DNA of 64,000 nucleotides from the human T2T-CHM13v2.0 reference genome, Homo sapiens (GCF_009914755.1 NC_060928.1), one strand, 5' to 3'; counted from the stretch's first letter, positions 41,340-59,400 are shown. Notes: a model not told the origin generated them from the letters alone. Translations and numbers: made by a program.

Positions 41340-41880
41340 TAGCTCCTGCAAAAATCTCTAACTGCCAAGTTCTCTCAGCATGTCAACCCAACAAGAGCAA
41401 AACCAAACCAATATTACTAGTCTTCCTCTACCAAGAATAATTTTTTATTATTTTGCTCTCCTAATTTTACAATTTCTGTCCTAAGCCCCTTCATTCCTTC
41501 ATGCACACAGGCTGGCACATTTCCAAACATCTTTGACTTTCCTGGTTCCTGCCACCCACAAGTATTCACGATGTCTTTCCCTTTGATGTCCGTGAAATCC
41601 ACCCTTATCTCTTTCCATTGATAATACTCAAGCTTTAACTCTCATAACTTCTTATAGCTCTGTAAGGCTTTTGTAATGAGCTCATAACTGGTTTCCTATC
41701 CTCTTATGTCTTCCGAATACAATTCATTCTCACTCCACTGTCAAATCAATCTTTACGTTATATAAACCCTGATTATGTTTAAAATGTTTACATGCTTCTC
41801 ACTACTGGTTAATAAACTAGAAACTTATCCTAGCTGTCAACACCCTCCATTATATGTTCCCTTATCTTCCTAGACATTTA
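41340..41880 (+). mobile_element. L2 fragment
   Basis: CAATTCATTCTCACTCCACTGTCAAATCAATCTTT-type L2 sequence. Confidence 0.55.
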
Positions 41881-42132
41881 TCTTTTATTATTCTTGTATG
41901 TCTATATAAATTTCATCCAAATGTAACGACGAATACCCATCATCTTCTTTGCCCCTTGGGTGGGCTCCCTTTGCAAGGGGTGTTTTATACTGGCTCGTAG
42001 AATTTTGCCAATGGTTTAAACTCTGGTCTCCCACAATGGTAGCTACTTTGGTGATGAACTTTTTATTAGTGGGTTTCTTTCCTCGCCCCATTCTTCTGCT
42101 GGCATTGCCTTTACCTTGTATAGTAGACTGAT

Positions 42133-43036
42133 TGTATCAATAATCTTACTTCTTTACCTATCCCCATATTAATATACTTTGCTGTGTGACCCCACTAAAG
42201 TGGCAAAATATATTTACTCACCTTTTGAGTCTAGGATGAACTTACATAGAATGCTCTTCATAGGCCTCCAACAACTATATGAAGCATAATTGGCCAAAGG
42301 CTTTTGCTCCTAGCTGCTATCTAAAATTCATCACTGCATCTGTACTGAGACCATGCTTCCTACAGACCACCACAGCCTATGACTGTCCATTCTTGGGAGA
42401 CACAGGATTCCTCTGACAGCCAAATTTGGCTCGAGGACTCCTCAATAGTCTTGCCAAAGCATTGTTAGATTGCAGGACAGTCAGGTATGCTTCCAAACAA
42501 CTTTCCTTCCCTCTCTCATTCAGTCAGAGTTAGACCTGCATCTTGGTCTCATGGCTATCCCAGCCTTTCCAGGATCCCTTCCAATAATCTCTCATAGCCA
42601 TTTTCCGTAGCTAAATCCTAATATGTTTTGTCTAATCTTGGCAGTCTTGGCATCTGCTTCTTGGACTTCGTGACTTTTCTGGGGTGATAGCAGACATGAC
42701 AAAATCAGAGACTTTAAGACATACTTGTATATTTCTGCTTGCTTTTGTCCTCTGTCATCTTCATGAGAGAGACATGCGCTGTTCCTGAGGAGGGTGAGAA
42801 ACACATGGAACAAAGCAAAGGCACCCCAGTTATTGCATCTGAGGCCTTCCCAGATCAACTCACGGCTAACTGACCCCCAGACAGAGAGGGAGTCCAGCCA
42901 AGATCAGCTGAGCTTGCACAAATCAGCTGAATGCCACAAACTTCTGAACTAAATAAATGCTTATTGTTGTAAAGCCAGTGTAGAGAAAGGGTTGCTTGTT
43001 ACTCAGCATTATTGTGTCAATAGAAAGGTGATAAAC
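42133..43036 (+). mobile_element. MLT1G/H-type LTR containing an LTR16-like segment (about 42250-42668)
   Basis: MLT1 3' end AATAAATGCTTATTGTTGTAAAGCCA...CAGCATTATTGTGTCAATAG; LTR16-like CTTGGCATCTGCTTCTTGG end. Confidence 0.65.
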
Positions 43037-43746
43037 TTCCCAAATAAACTAATTACCCTCAAATGTTTATCTGGAGGAAACTGACCCAAGACAATACGTA
43101 AGTACATTCTATATTACGTTGTGATATGTGGACTCGGTAGTTTAGAATTGAAAACTTATCCTTACTTTCCAAGAACCCTGGACTGAGGAACAAAACGTGG
43201 CACTCTGTATAGCACCGAAGATAAAGGGAAGTGAAGTAGAGATTCAACACAAAACTTTCTGTTGGATTACCTGGGTCTTCTTTGGTTTAGATAAGAGGCT
43301 TAGAATATTCCTGATTAGAAAGGTATCTTGTCAATTGACCTCTGTGCCCCTTCCCAGGCTGCACTGAGTGACAAGAGGAACAGATATTCTTTCCCTTCCC
43401 ATTTAAGAGGCACAAAGAAATTCCGAATCTACCAGCACATCCTTAAAGGAACTGTTCATCTGAGTCAAACTGGACAGATTTCTACTGCTTGGCATCAAGG
43501 AACAGCTGGCTAAAATGGATCTGCTAACAAAAGGCAAGGAAGGGGAACTTTTTTGCAGAGGCACTCTGCATTCCTACAGGTGTAGGAACAAGCAAAGTAC
43601 AGGGAAAGCAGCCCAGCTGAACCTGTCAATAGAACAGCTAATATGGCCAGGAGGAAACCGCTGGTCAGCCCTATATCCTAGAGTCATCAGAGTAGCAGCT
43701 GTTTAAGGATGTGCAAATAGAGCTAGAACATTCATCATTACACATC

Positions 43747-44044
43747 TTTTTTTTTTTTTTTTAAGACAATGTCTCTATTGCCCAAGCTAAAAGGCAGTGG
43801 CACAATCTCTGCTCACTGCGATCTCCACCTCCCAGGCTCAGGCAATCCTTCCAGCTCAACCTCCCAAGTAGCTGGGACCACAGGTGTGTGCCACTGTAGT
43901 GTCACGCCTGGCAAATTTTTGTATTTTCTTGTAGAGACAGGGCTTTGCCATGTTTCCCAGGCTGGTCTTCAACTCCTGAGGTCAAGTAATCTGCCCACCT
44001 TGGCTTCCCAAAGTGCTGGGATTCTGGGCCTATAGCATCTGGCC
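43747..44044 (-). mobile_element. AluJ
   Basis: Diverged antisense dimer with GGCTCAGGCAATCCT. Confidence 0.9.
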
Positions 44045-44059
44045 CATTATATATACATC

Positions 44060-44455
44060 TTTAGATGAGGACAGATACAGATGCCTGTCAACTTGTTGTC
44101 TCCAGTCCCTAGCTCAATGCCTGGCACATAGTAAACCCTTTACACATGTTTGAATGTGTGAATAAATGTTTTATAACTACTTCCTAGATCTAACAAAGTT
44201 TTCAGGAAAAGAGTTTTCTCATTTAAAAAAACTGTTAATTTTGCTATAATTACCAGTCCATGTTATTGTAGTAATTCTGACTGGGCCACTTCTAAACAGA
44301 ATAGCTTTATCTCTCTGTGATTCAATTTCCTCTTCTAAAAATTGTGGATAATAATAACACTAACTTGTAGAGTTGTTACTGGATAAATTGCAATTAACAT
44401 ATGTCAACTGTTTTGAACAGTGCCTGGCATTTGTTAAGTGTTTTATTAATGTTAT
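44060..44455 (+). mobile_element. L2 3' end followed by MIR
   Basis: AATGCCTGGCACATAGTA...TGAATAAATG; TTCAATTTCCTCTTCTAAAAATTGTGGATAATAATA. Confidence 0.7.
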
Positions 44456-46976
44456 CTAGGAGAAGCTGTAATAATAGTGATAGTAAAGTAATAGCAGTAA
44501 GAAAATCAATTTATATCATCCAAGGATATATCATAAAGCTCCATTAAAATGTGGGTTTTACAGGACAATAGTAACACCTTCACTAAAACTTTCCCATGTT
44601 TAAGTGAAAAATAGGTCTAAATTATTAATCTATAACCCACACTAGAAAATGTTTTACTGGTACATGTTTCCAGCAATATAGTCAAATAAATGACTAAAAC
44701 TATTAATAGATTTGTATTTCTTGAAAATGATAAAATATTGAGATTATTTTAAATTTCTAAGTTGCAATGCGTTTTACAACTTCCAGTTTTTTCTAAAATG
44801 TTTGGATATACTTACTCTTTTCCTAAGTTCTGAGGCACTCACCAAGGAGAGTTGACTCTCAGTCATTGGCACATTTGCCCATTTGTCTTTTGCTCGGGAG
44901 CACCTAACCTCTCTGTGCCTGGGTGGGTGGTTTCCTGTCTGTGCTTGGTTTGAACCTGTTCCAGGGCTTGTGGTTTTTGGCTAGGCTTGTACTTTGTGTT
45001 ATCATCCTACTGCATATTAAACGATGGTGTTGATTTTGCAATTGGGCGTATGACTCCTGCATTTCTCAGAGGGACTTATGAGAATCTTTCATGTTCTGGT
45101 TTGTATGTTCTTTTCTCTTTTCACTCTCATACCCAGCAGGCTTCATCAAGCCCAGTCTTTGAGCTGAGACATCTTTTTTTTTTTTTTCATTTCAAGATGA
45201 GAAACACATTTTGAGTAGCGGAGTCCTAGAATTATTAGATAGAAGATTCGATTAAGCTAAAGTAACTAGGAAATGATGTGAAAGAAAAAATGTTGCTTTT
45301 CTTATCAAACTAAAGAGCAAGGCAGTAACTGGAGAACACAGATTCGTTGTGTGACTTAAATAGAAGCAAAACAGGCATTTACGAATGAATGCAAAATTCT
45401 TAGAGCGGGATGGAGGAGACGCTTTTTGTCCTGCTACGTCTTTGCCCATTGAAAAGGATGGTCTCTCTCACCAGTATTATGGGCATGTTTCTCCAGTTTA
45501 TAATTCTATACTCTATTAAAATACCTCGGGGAAAAGATAATCTTTTAGGGTATTTTACTTCATTTACACCTTAACATCAATGTCTACATTAATCAATTTC
45601 TCTCTCCCCTTCACCTCCCGCTTCTTCTTCTCTCTTCCCTTCCTCTCTTTCTGTCTCTTTATCTTGAGAGCTAGATCAAAATGCCATTTGATGAAGAAAT
45701 GTCTAAAATCTTTGTCTAAAATCTTCAAAATCCATTTCATTCACTCAGCATGAATATGTTACAAACTCATTTCTATCAGGTACTGTACTAGACACTGAAA
45801 GTACAGATTCAAACAAGACAGACACTCCTGAAAATTCCAGTGAGTTGTCTGAGGAGAGAACCAGACATGTAATGAAATAGTTTTTATCCTTAGCACTAAA
45901 AATTCCTCAAGTTAAATTTTTGTACCCCCTTAAATATGGGTTGGGTTTTCCTTCAAGTTTCTTAGCCTTGTGTATGAAGCAACATTGCTGGAACTTCACC
46001 CATAGTCTGCCATGGTGGCATCATCTAGGTATGGACTCTGACTTCATGACCCCATTTCAAAATCATGAAACAATACAGAATCCTTTATTCTCCTCCCTTT
46101 TCTCCATTTGTCAGAGGAAACCTCAGAACCATGTAATCTTATTTAGCAAGTAAGCAGGCACTGATGCTATTGATGGGGCTACATAGGTAAGACAGGAGGT
46201 GGGTGACCCAGAGTGAGGTATTCTAAACAGGAGCACCATAGCTCTCAGTAAGATATTTCCAGTCCCATGTCTTGTCCATCTGTGGACTTCTCCATACTTC
46301 TCTATTATGTGGATGACTATTATAATGAAGATTCTGAATTCTCTCATGAAGGACTTAAAGAGTCTCATGGGATGCCAAGTGAGTGTCTACAGTTGGTCCA
46401 GTTGGGTAGCTGTAAGTATTATTTATCTGACCATCCTACGTGTGAAAATTTCTTACTATAATAAACACAGGCATTTTTGCTTAAAAAAGGAGTTGACTCC
46501 CCAAATGTCTCAAATTGCCTTGCAGTCATGCTGGGCTCAGAGAATACCTACCTAGTTGATTTTACAAAGATAATTTCTGTAATATTAAAGACAGAGTCAC
46601 CACTTTGCTCCCAGTTTGATAGTACTTAGGTCAGTAGGGTTGACAAAAACAACACTTTGATACATGTGGTTTAGGTAAAAATCCCATGTTTGTATGGCAA
46701 ATTGTTGTTTATGGAGCCTTCACACAAACCTGTATTTTGGCAATATCTCTAGTTTACTGATATAAAGAATGAAGCTCAGGGAAATTATATAATATGTACA
46801 CTTACTTCATGGTTAAAGTGACCATGGGCTAAGAATACCTGAGCAGTAAAACTCTCAGGTGAAAAAAATTGCAGAAATTCTTTATATCAGGGCAAATATG
46901 GTTTATGTTTAAGAAAACCTAAGATATAAAAATCTAAACTCAAGATAAATACATTGGCTGAATGCTCACTTTATAA

Positions 46977-47464
<488 letters not shown>

Positions 47465-49174
47465 TAGGACATGTATGAGATTCACCACCTGGAAGGTCAC
47501 TTAGTGAAATAGAGTTTCTAAGGTTATAATATGCAGTTTCCAACATGTATAACATAACACCCTAAAACTAAAAGCTACACTGAGATAATTGATAAGTAAA
47601 ACTGGCTACCAGTGCAGGACTTATAAAATGCTCCACAGGGAAGGAAATGTCAAAGAAGGCAAAATGTTACTAATCCATAAGTTGATGTTTTAAACAAGTT
47701 TATCTTAAAGGGATAAGATAAATTAAAGTAGCATAATTATCCAGGTGAGTGACTGTTCTTAATTTGGTAAGGGAGGAGTTGAAGTGGGGGTGAACTCCCA
47801 ACTCTAAGTATAAAGCCTATGACTCACAAATCTCCAATATACTCACCTGTCGTCTCTAGGTCCATGGTAGAAGCCTGAGGAGAGGGTGAGGTCACAGGGT
47901 GGATTTTGTAAGCTTATCCTCCTATATCTCCAAGAAGGCCTCAGCTAATGTTAGTTCACTAACTCTTACGAGCCTTGGCAAATCACTAAGACTAAATATA
48001 TAGTTTGGTCCTGAAGACCTATGAACTCATCAAAAACCACTGTCTGGATGATAATCCCTGTCCTCCTTTGATGCACAGCTTTCATCTGTGTATGCTGTTC
48101 CATTCTCCATAGCACAATCCAGGGGGAACTGTAACATGGGCCAGCTCCCCTCCCAGCTTGAATGCTACCAGCTTCATGAGAGTTTTCTCTGCTGATTTTA
48201 CCATCTCATGCAACTATACTCTCCTTTATGTAGACAGGTGCCATGAAAAGCTAGAGGTGCTAAACTGTGTAAATCCAACCTCCTTTCTGAGGCTACAAGA
48301 AACCCAAGCAGATCTCTAAAAAAGCACCTATAATTACAGATAGTAGTAACAAAGTCAGAACTTCAGACCTACCATATAAAAGCCATAGAATACTAAAGCT
48401 AGAAAAAAATCAAGATTTTAATGAATTCTTTATGTAGTTTTCAGATTTTTAAATATTAAATATTTCCTAATAACTTGGGAACTAAGGATACAATCTATAA
48501 GATATATGATGCTTCATTTTCTATGTAAGTGCATGTTATTGGTTAAGCTAGAGATGGAAAATATGTTTTAATTCACATATCAATTCTGACCAATTGGAAG
48601 TGACTTCTCAGAATGTCATGTTGAAATATCTGAGATTGCATCTATATTCAAGGAGAAGTAGCTTCTAAAGCCCTCCATGAACAAAGGAGAAAAAATGATG
48701 GCATCTTGACTGTATTTTCAATCTTAGAGCAAGGCAATTAGCTATTGTTTCTGCAATGATTTGAAACACTAAACAGCTGTTCTCTAGATTGTGACTTAAA
48801 TGAAGAGTAAGAAAAACAAGCAATCTAAACATTTTACTCTTCTTATCATTTAGAAATATCTTGAAACAAACCATATTTTAGGTACTGGTAATAAACATCA
48901 TCACACCCCTCAGAACAAGCCCTGGTATTCTCCTTCTATGAAATGTGGGAGAAGTACAAAAGAAAAAAACACTTAGACTATATTAAACTATCCCTTTCAA
49001 ACAGCATAATCATAAATTAATAGTTATACTCTAGGCTAGCCATATGAAAGGCCAGGGAAAAAAAGGAGAAAAAAATTAACATCTATTTCCCCTCCCCACC
49101 CCTACTACCACACCAAGGAATCTGTAAGTTTCTTTTTGATTATGATTTTCTTGAATATAAAACCTCCATAGTAA

Positions 49175-49410
49175 AATTTCTAACATTTATTGATTGCTTA
49201 CTATGTGACAGGCAGTATTCTAAGTTTTTTAAAGTGTATTTAGCTAATTTAATCCCCAAATAAGCTGGTAAGAGTACTATTATATTATTTTACAGAAGAG
49301 AAAACTGGAGTACGGAGAATTAAGGTAACTTCTCCATGGCCACAAAGTTTATATGTGGCAAAGCTGAGATTTGGAGGTGGGAAGTCTGGCTTCCAGTCCT
49401 ACTGTACTAT
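49175..49410 (-). mobile_element. MIR
   Basis: TTTACAGAAGAGAAAACTGGAG...TAAGGTAACTT antisense core. Confidence 0.82.
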
Positions 49411-50963
49411 ACCACTTATCTGCATGATAGCACTTCTGAGATGAGGCAACCCAATGGCAGTCTCTCATTGGAGGGAAAAACATATTTACACTTTCTGAAG
49501 GATCCAGCTTTTTCGCTTTAAATAGTAAAGAGTAATTCAACATCATCTTTATTCTTTCTGCTTTCTCTTGTTTTCCACTTATTATTGCCAAATACATTTT
49601 TGAATGCCTATGTACAGGGCATGGGGCAGGGATCACAGGACCTACGAGAAGAAAGAGAGGTATAAATACACATATTATATTCATTGATATGCATGTTCTT
49701 TCTCTTCTGACTAGACCTCAAAACCAAGGTAAAAAATTGGCAGTAAAATCCATTTGTTGTTATACAGGCTTGAAAATGATGACCATATTGCTGTCTACTT
49801 GACCTGTAACTAAATAGAGAAAAGTCAAAATTCAAGAGCTGAGGAATAGAAAGAAGTTGGCTTACGTGTTTTTAAAGATAAGCTTCATGTGACAATAATA
49901 TTTGTTATTTTGTCTGGAATAACTTTTTCCTTTTTTTAATAAGCATTTTTTTTCTGAAAATGTATATGCTGTATCAATGATATATTATGGATGACATTTA
50001 TTTTAACAGATGTTTTTAACCATATTTCAAATACATTACATTCACAAGGCTTTGCCTCTTTTTCAGTGAAAGAAAATAATGAGCAGATGCTAGATTTCTT
50101 AAGGTTCAACAGTTTATGGCTCCAAAAATAAAAGTTAAATATATTTAAAAGTAAATTCAATAAGCAAGTGATTAACCATAACCTGATAATTACATATTTA
50201 ATTTTTTTACAATAAACCCCTTAATGTGATACAAGGTGAATCTTCTAAACTTGGCATCAATGAAACACTTTTCTTAGGGGAAAGGAAAATTGGATTGCAT
50301 GGCTCTGACTCAAACCAGAATCCATCTGTTCCAGGATTCTGACCTTAATTTCTCCCACCACCCCACTGACTGCAGGAGCTATGCATCCCGTTTCATCATC
50401 TAGCATAGGCATGGATATTTGCCTTTCACTAAATAAGTCATAGCAGAGCTAAGAAACAACTTCAAGGTCTAGATAACTTAATCAAAGCATGGGAAGCTTC
50501 AATTGTAAATAAGTTAAAAATAATTTAAATGGCAAAATCATGAAGAAAAATTTATGTAGTATAAAACATTACCTAAGCTATATACAGTGAAAATTTTAAA
50601 GCATTCCATTCTTCTATTAATATATGAAAAAGAATAAGGATAAAAACTAATTATGCCAAAAAAACTAATAAAACAATCACCAAACTTTTGCTTCTATAAA
50701 TGTGATGGTAAGCCAGTTTCAAGGACCCTCTTGATAAAATATCAGTCACTAAAACACAAATTCCAACAAATTTTAATGCATTGTAGGTCTAACTAGAAAG
50801 TGAAGAAAACTCCAAAAATCACATCAAATAAAAAACTAAAACAAATAAACAAAATACATAGGGAAAGAAGTCTACTAAAACCATAGGAGAAAGCTCTAAA
50901 TAGCAGGCAAATTAGGGAAATATAGACAATAAAACTTGGTTTTCCCAGTGAATGATAGTCCAT

Positions 50964-53935
<2,972 letters not shown>

Positions 53936-54367
53936 TATTAGCTCTGCTTTTAGGAGATTAAGTCTTAGGTCTCTGGAACACGGCAAGTTAATTTTCATAA
54001 AGGGCTATTGTGCTCTCAGGAAATACACACACATTGGTTCTATATGCAGAAGCTAATACAAATCTTCTCCAGAGGAAAGCATCACCAATTTAGGCCCTCA
54101 AAATTTCCACACATTGAGTTCAAAAAATTAAAACTCATAATAAACACACACATGGAGGCACACACAGGAAAATAACTTATCATGACTGAAATTTAAAAGA
54201 GTACATAGCAGGTATTGATCCTTGAGGACTTCTGGTATTGAAATTATCAGTTGCATGAAATAATTATATATGAAATGTATAAAAAATAGAAACAATGGGA
54301 AGAATGAGTAAGCAACAAGTTATAATAAAATACGACCAAGACAATTTCAAAATAAGCAGCAGTAGTT

Positions 54368-54676
54368 TGGTAATTTTAGAAACAGGAAATATTGTTGAAA
54401 TTAAAAATATAACAAATGACTTAAATAGCAGATCAGACATTGCTGTAAAAAGGATTAGTTAACCTGAAATTAGTAATTTTAGAAACAAGAAATATTATTG
54501 TTGAAATTTAAAATACAACAAATGACTTAAATGGCAGATCAGACATTGCTGTAAAAAAGGATTAGTGAACCTGATTAGTAATTTTAGAAAGAAGAAATAT
54601 TATTGTCAAAATTAAAAATACAGCAGATGACAAAAAGCAGATCAGACATTCCTGTAAAAGGATTAGTGAACTGAAA
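54368..54676. repeat. About 104-bp unit tandem triplication
   Basis: Units start at 54368, 54471 and 54576 (T(A/G)GTAATTTTAGAAA...GCAGATCAGACATT...GGATTAGT). Confidence 0.93.
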
Positions 54677-55460
54677 AAGTATCCTCAGAATATAACACAG
54701 AGAGAAAAGCAGATGAGAAACATAAAAGGAGACTTCAGAAGACATAGAGGATAGAATGAGAGATTAACATATCTCTAGTTGGAATCCCAGAAGAAAGAAA
54801 GGAAAAATTGAGGACAGGCACAATTTGAAGAGGTAATAATTTAAAATGTTCCAGTATTAGTAAAAATCACAAATTCATAGATTTAGATATTATATTAATC
54901 TATGAGATTAGCCAGTAGGACAAATGAAAATAAATCTACACTTAGACTAATTATAGTGAAACTGATGAGCACTGAAGATGGGAGTTAATTTTAAAAACAG
55001 AAAAATTAAATGTCTTCTTAAAATTAACTCGGATTAAATTAATTGAAAAATTCTAAAATTATAAAAAAAAAATTTCCACAGTCAACACCAATTCCCGATA
55101 GCTTTATGGGTGTGTTTTTGAACTTCGTATGACAGGACATTTCAATTTCTTTACTTTTCTAATGAAGAGGGAAAAGAGAGAATATTCCCAAATTAGGTAA
55201 AGAAGCAGTATAACCATGATACTAAAATGAAAAAAGGACAAAAAAAAGAAAAAAAAGGAATTACAAGCTAATTTAAGCCATGAATAAAAATGTAAAAACT
55301 GCTTAACTAAATAGTTTAAAACCAAATTCAGCAATGCATAAAAAAAAAGTACACCATCAAAAAGTTTAGCTTATCCTTGGAAAGCAATAATAGTTTAACA
55401 TAAGAAAATAAATAAATGCAAATTATCACATTAATAGATTTAAACAGATGATGTATATAA

Positions 55461-55816
<356 letters not shown>

Positions 55817-55837
55817 TAAATACAGAAAGAAACTTCT

Positions 55838-56531
55838 GGCTAAGGTTAGAATATTTGTGTCCTGTCCCCAGCCTCTCAAAATTCATATGTTGAAATCTAA
55901 TCTCTAAAGTGATGGTATCGGGAAGTGGGATATTGGGAAGTCACTAGATCATGGGATTAGTGTCCTTATAAAAGAGAGACCGGCCGGGTGCGGGGACTCA
56001 CGTCTGTAATCCCAGCACTTTGGGAGGCCACAGTGGGTGGATCACCTGAGGTCGAGACCAGCCTGACTAACATGGTAAAACCCCGTCTCTACTAAAAATA
56101 TAAAAATTACCTGGGTGTAGTGGCAGGCGCCTGTAGTACCAGCTACTCAGGAGGCTGAGGCAGGAGAATCACTTGAACCCGGGAGGCAGATATTGCAACG
56201 AGTCAAAATCACCGAGATTGAGCCATTGCACTCCAGCCTGGGCGACAGAGCAAGACGCCATCTCAAAAAATAATAATAATAAAAATTTAAAAAAAAAAAT
56301 TTTTTTTTAAAAAGAGAGACCAGAGGGAGATAGCTAGCCTCTTCCACCATGTGAAGACACAGACAGAGGTGCCATATATAAACCAAGAAATGGTCCTCAG
56401 TAGACACTGAATCCACTGGCACTTTGATTTTGGACTCCCCAGCCTTCAGAACTATGGGAAATAAATTTCTGTTTTTCATAAGCCACACAGTCTATGGCAT
56501 GTCATAATAGCATCTCAAATGGACTAAGACA
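55838..56531 (+). mobile_element. MLT1A0-like solo LTR split by an Alu
   Basis: AAAATTCATATGTTGAAATCTAA...TGGGATTAGTGTCCTTATAAAAGAG...GGACTAAGACA. Confidence 0.88.
55982..56309 (+). mobile_element. AluS with small indels and A-run/T-run tail
   Basis: TSD AAAAGAGAGACC at 55970-55981 and 56310-56321. Confidence 0.92.
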
Positions 56532-57430
56532 TTTCCTTAACCTGTTAAAGGATATCTACCAAAACCTCCCAACAAACATCATTGTTAATGGTACAATGTA
56601 AGAAAAGCCCCATTAAAATTCTTATTAATACACAGGTGTTCACTGACACCACTTCTATTTGGCATTGTAATGGAGGTCCTAGTTAATGGAGTAAGTCAAA
56701 AGGAAACTTACAGACTTTGGAAAAAATATCAAAAGTACAATTATTTACAGATAATATGATTATTTACATGGAAATCTAAAATAATTTATGAAAACTTTAA
56801 AAATTATTTAAAGTTTACAAGGATACTGGAAATAATATCAACATATAAACATTAGAATAATTCCTATGCAGTAGTGATTATTGGAAACATTTAATTTAAA
56901 AATCTCATTAAAAAAAGCAAGGAAAACATAAGATGCATAGTAATTTATTTAATAGTAGTCACATAAAAATAAAATATTAAAAATATTATTGAAGAACATA
57001 AAAGAAAACATAAAAATAGATGTGTTTTTGAATACAACACATCAATGTGGTAAAGATGAGATTTATCCTTTATTTAACCTACAAATTAAATGAATTTGAA
57101 TCAAAATACCAATAAGATTATTTGTAGAATTCAATAAGCTCATCTTAACATTTATGTAAAGGAAATACATAAAGCCAAGGACAGCTAACAAATTCAAAAA
57201 AAATCAACAATTTGAAAGAACTTGCTCTATTAGAAATAATAAATTTTATAGAGCAATGGTAATTAAGACAGTATAGTGGCTCAGAGACAAACAAGTTAAG
57301 CAATGGAGGGAAACAGAGAAACCAGAAGCAACCCCACCCATAGATATGGAAATGTCGTATATGACAAAGGTAACATTTCAGATCACTGGGAGAAGTGAGA
57401 GACTATTCTGCAGTGAAAACTGTGACAATT

Positions 57431-59400
57431 CCATTTTTTCACAGAGATAGAAAAAAGCTATGCTAAAATTCATATGGAACCAAAAAAGAGCCCAAATAGC
57501 CAAAGCAATTCCAAGCAAAAAGAACAAAGCCAGAGGCATCATATTACCTGATTTCAAACTATACTACAAGGCTATAGTAATCAAAACAGCATGGTACTAA
57601 TACAAAAACAGACACGTAGACCAACGAAACATAATAGAGAACCCAGAAATACAACCAGATACCTACAGATCTCTGATCTTTGACAAAGTTGACAAAAATA
57701 ATCATGGTAAAGAACTCCCTATTCAATAAATGGTGCTAGGCTAGCTGGCTAGCTATATGCAGAAGAATGAAACTGGACCCCTATTGTTCATTATATATAA
57801 AAATTAACACAAAATGGATTAAAGATCTAAATGTAAGATCTCAAACTATAAGAATCCTGGAAAAAAAACCTCTGGACATTGGCATTGGGAGAGAATATAT
57901 GACTAAGTCCTAAAAACCAATTGCAACAAAAATAAAAATTCATATTGGGACCTAATTAAACTAAAGAGCTTCTGCACAGCAAAATAAACTATCAACAGCA
58001 TAAACAGATAACCTATAGAATGAGAGAAAATATTTACAATCAATGAATCCAACACAGGTCTAATATATAGAATCTATAAGGAACTTAAATAAATAAGCAA
58101 AAAGCAATTAAAAATGAGCAAAAGACATAAAAAGGCAATTCTCAAAAGAAGACATAAAGCAGCCAATAAACATGAAATAATGTTCCACATCACTCATGAT
58201 CAGAGAAATGCAAATCAAAACCACAATGAGACTCTGTATTACTTCGTTCTCACACTGCTATAAAGAAATACCTGAGACTAGATAATTTATAAAAAAAAAA
58301 GAGGCTTAATTGGCTCATTGTTCCATAAGCTGTACAAGAAGCATGATGGCTTCTGGGGAGCCTCAGGAAACTTTCAATCATGGCAGAAGGTGAAAGGGAA
58401 GCAGGCATGTCTTACGTGGCCAGAGCAGGAGGAAGAAAGAGAAGAGGTATGTGCTACATACTTTTAACAATCAGATCTTCTGAAAACTCACTTACTATAT
58501 CGTACCAAGGGGTGATGGTACTAAACCATTCATAAGAACTCCACCCCCATGATCCAATCACCTCCCATCAGGCCCCACCTCCAACACTGGGGATTACAAT
58601 TCAATATGAGATTTTGGGTAGAGACACAGTTCCAAACCATATCAGATACCTTGTCACACCAATCACAGTGGCAATTATTAAAAAGTCAAAAAACAGCAGA
58701 TGCTGGTGAAGCTGCAGAGAAAAGGGAACACTACTTATACACTGTTGGTGGAAATGTAAATTAGTTCAGCCACTGTGGAAAGCAATCTGGAGATTTCTCA
58801 AAAAACTTAAAACAGAGCTACCATTTGATCCAGCAATCCCACCAATGGGTATATACCCAAAAGAAAATAAATTGTTCTACCAAAAAGATATATGTACTCA
58901 TACGTTCATCACAACACTATTCACAACAGCAAAAAGATGGAATCATCCCAGATGCCCATCAACAGTGGATTGGATAAAGAAAATGTGGTACATATATACT
59001 GTGGAATACTATGCAGCCAAAAAAGAATGAAATCTTGTCCTCTGAAATAACATGGATGCAGCTGGAGGCCATTATCCTAAACTAATTAATGCAGGAACAG
59101 AAAACAAAATATCACATTTTCACATATAAGTGGAGCTAAGCATTGGTACTCATGGACCTGAAGATGGGAACAATAGACTGGGGACTACAAGAGAGGAGAG
59201 AAAGGGGAGCAAGGGTTGAGAAACTATTGGGTACTATGCTCACCACCTGAGTGACAGGATCAATCATACCCCAAATCTTAGTATTACACAATATACTCAG
59301 GTAACATTATCTACACATGCACCCCTTGAATCTAAAATATAAGTTGAAATTAAATATATATATATATATATATATATTCATATACAAAATAGCAATAAAA
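57431..59400 (+). mobile_element. L1PA16/17-L1PREC2-like 3' portion, split by an MST LTR, with (TA)n in tail
   Basis: ORF2 end (ORF 58845..59030: PSTVDWIKKMWYIYTVEYYAA); 3'UTR GGGTACTATGCTCACCACCTG; imperfect TSD AAACTG(T/G)GA(C/G)AATTC. Confidence 0.9.
58235..58644 (-). mobile_element. MSTA/MSTB solo LTR
   Basis: TGTATTA...CACTGCTATAAAGAAATACCTGAGACT...CCAAACCATATCA. Confidence 0.92.

Noticed and set aside
44837-44845. Minus-strand donor TTG|GTGAGT
   Set aside because: No convincing acceptor at typical exon distance; expected by chance
46123-46555. Overlapping 64-82 aa ORFs in unique sequence
   Set aside because: No similarity to proteins I recognise; lengths within chance expectation
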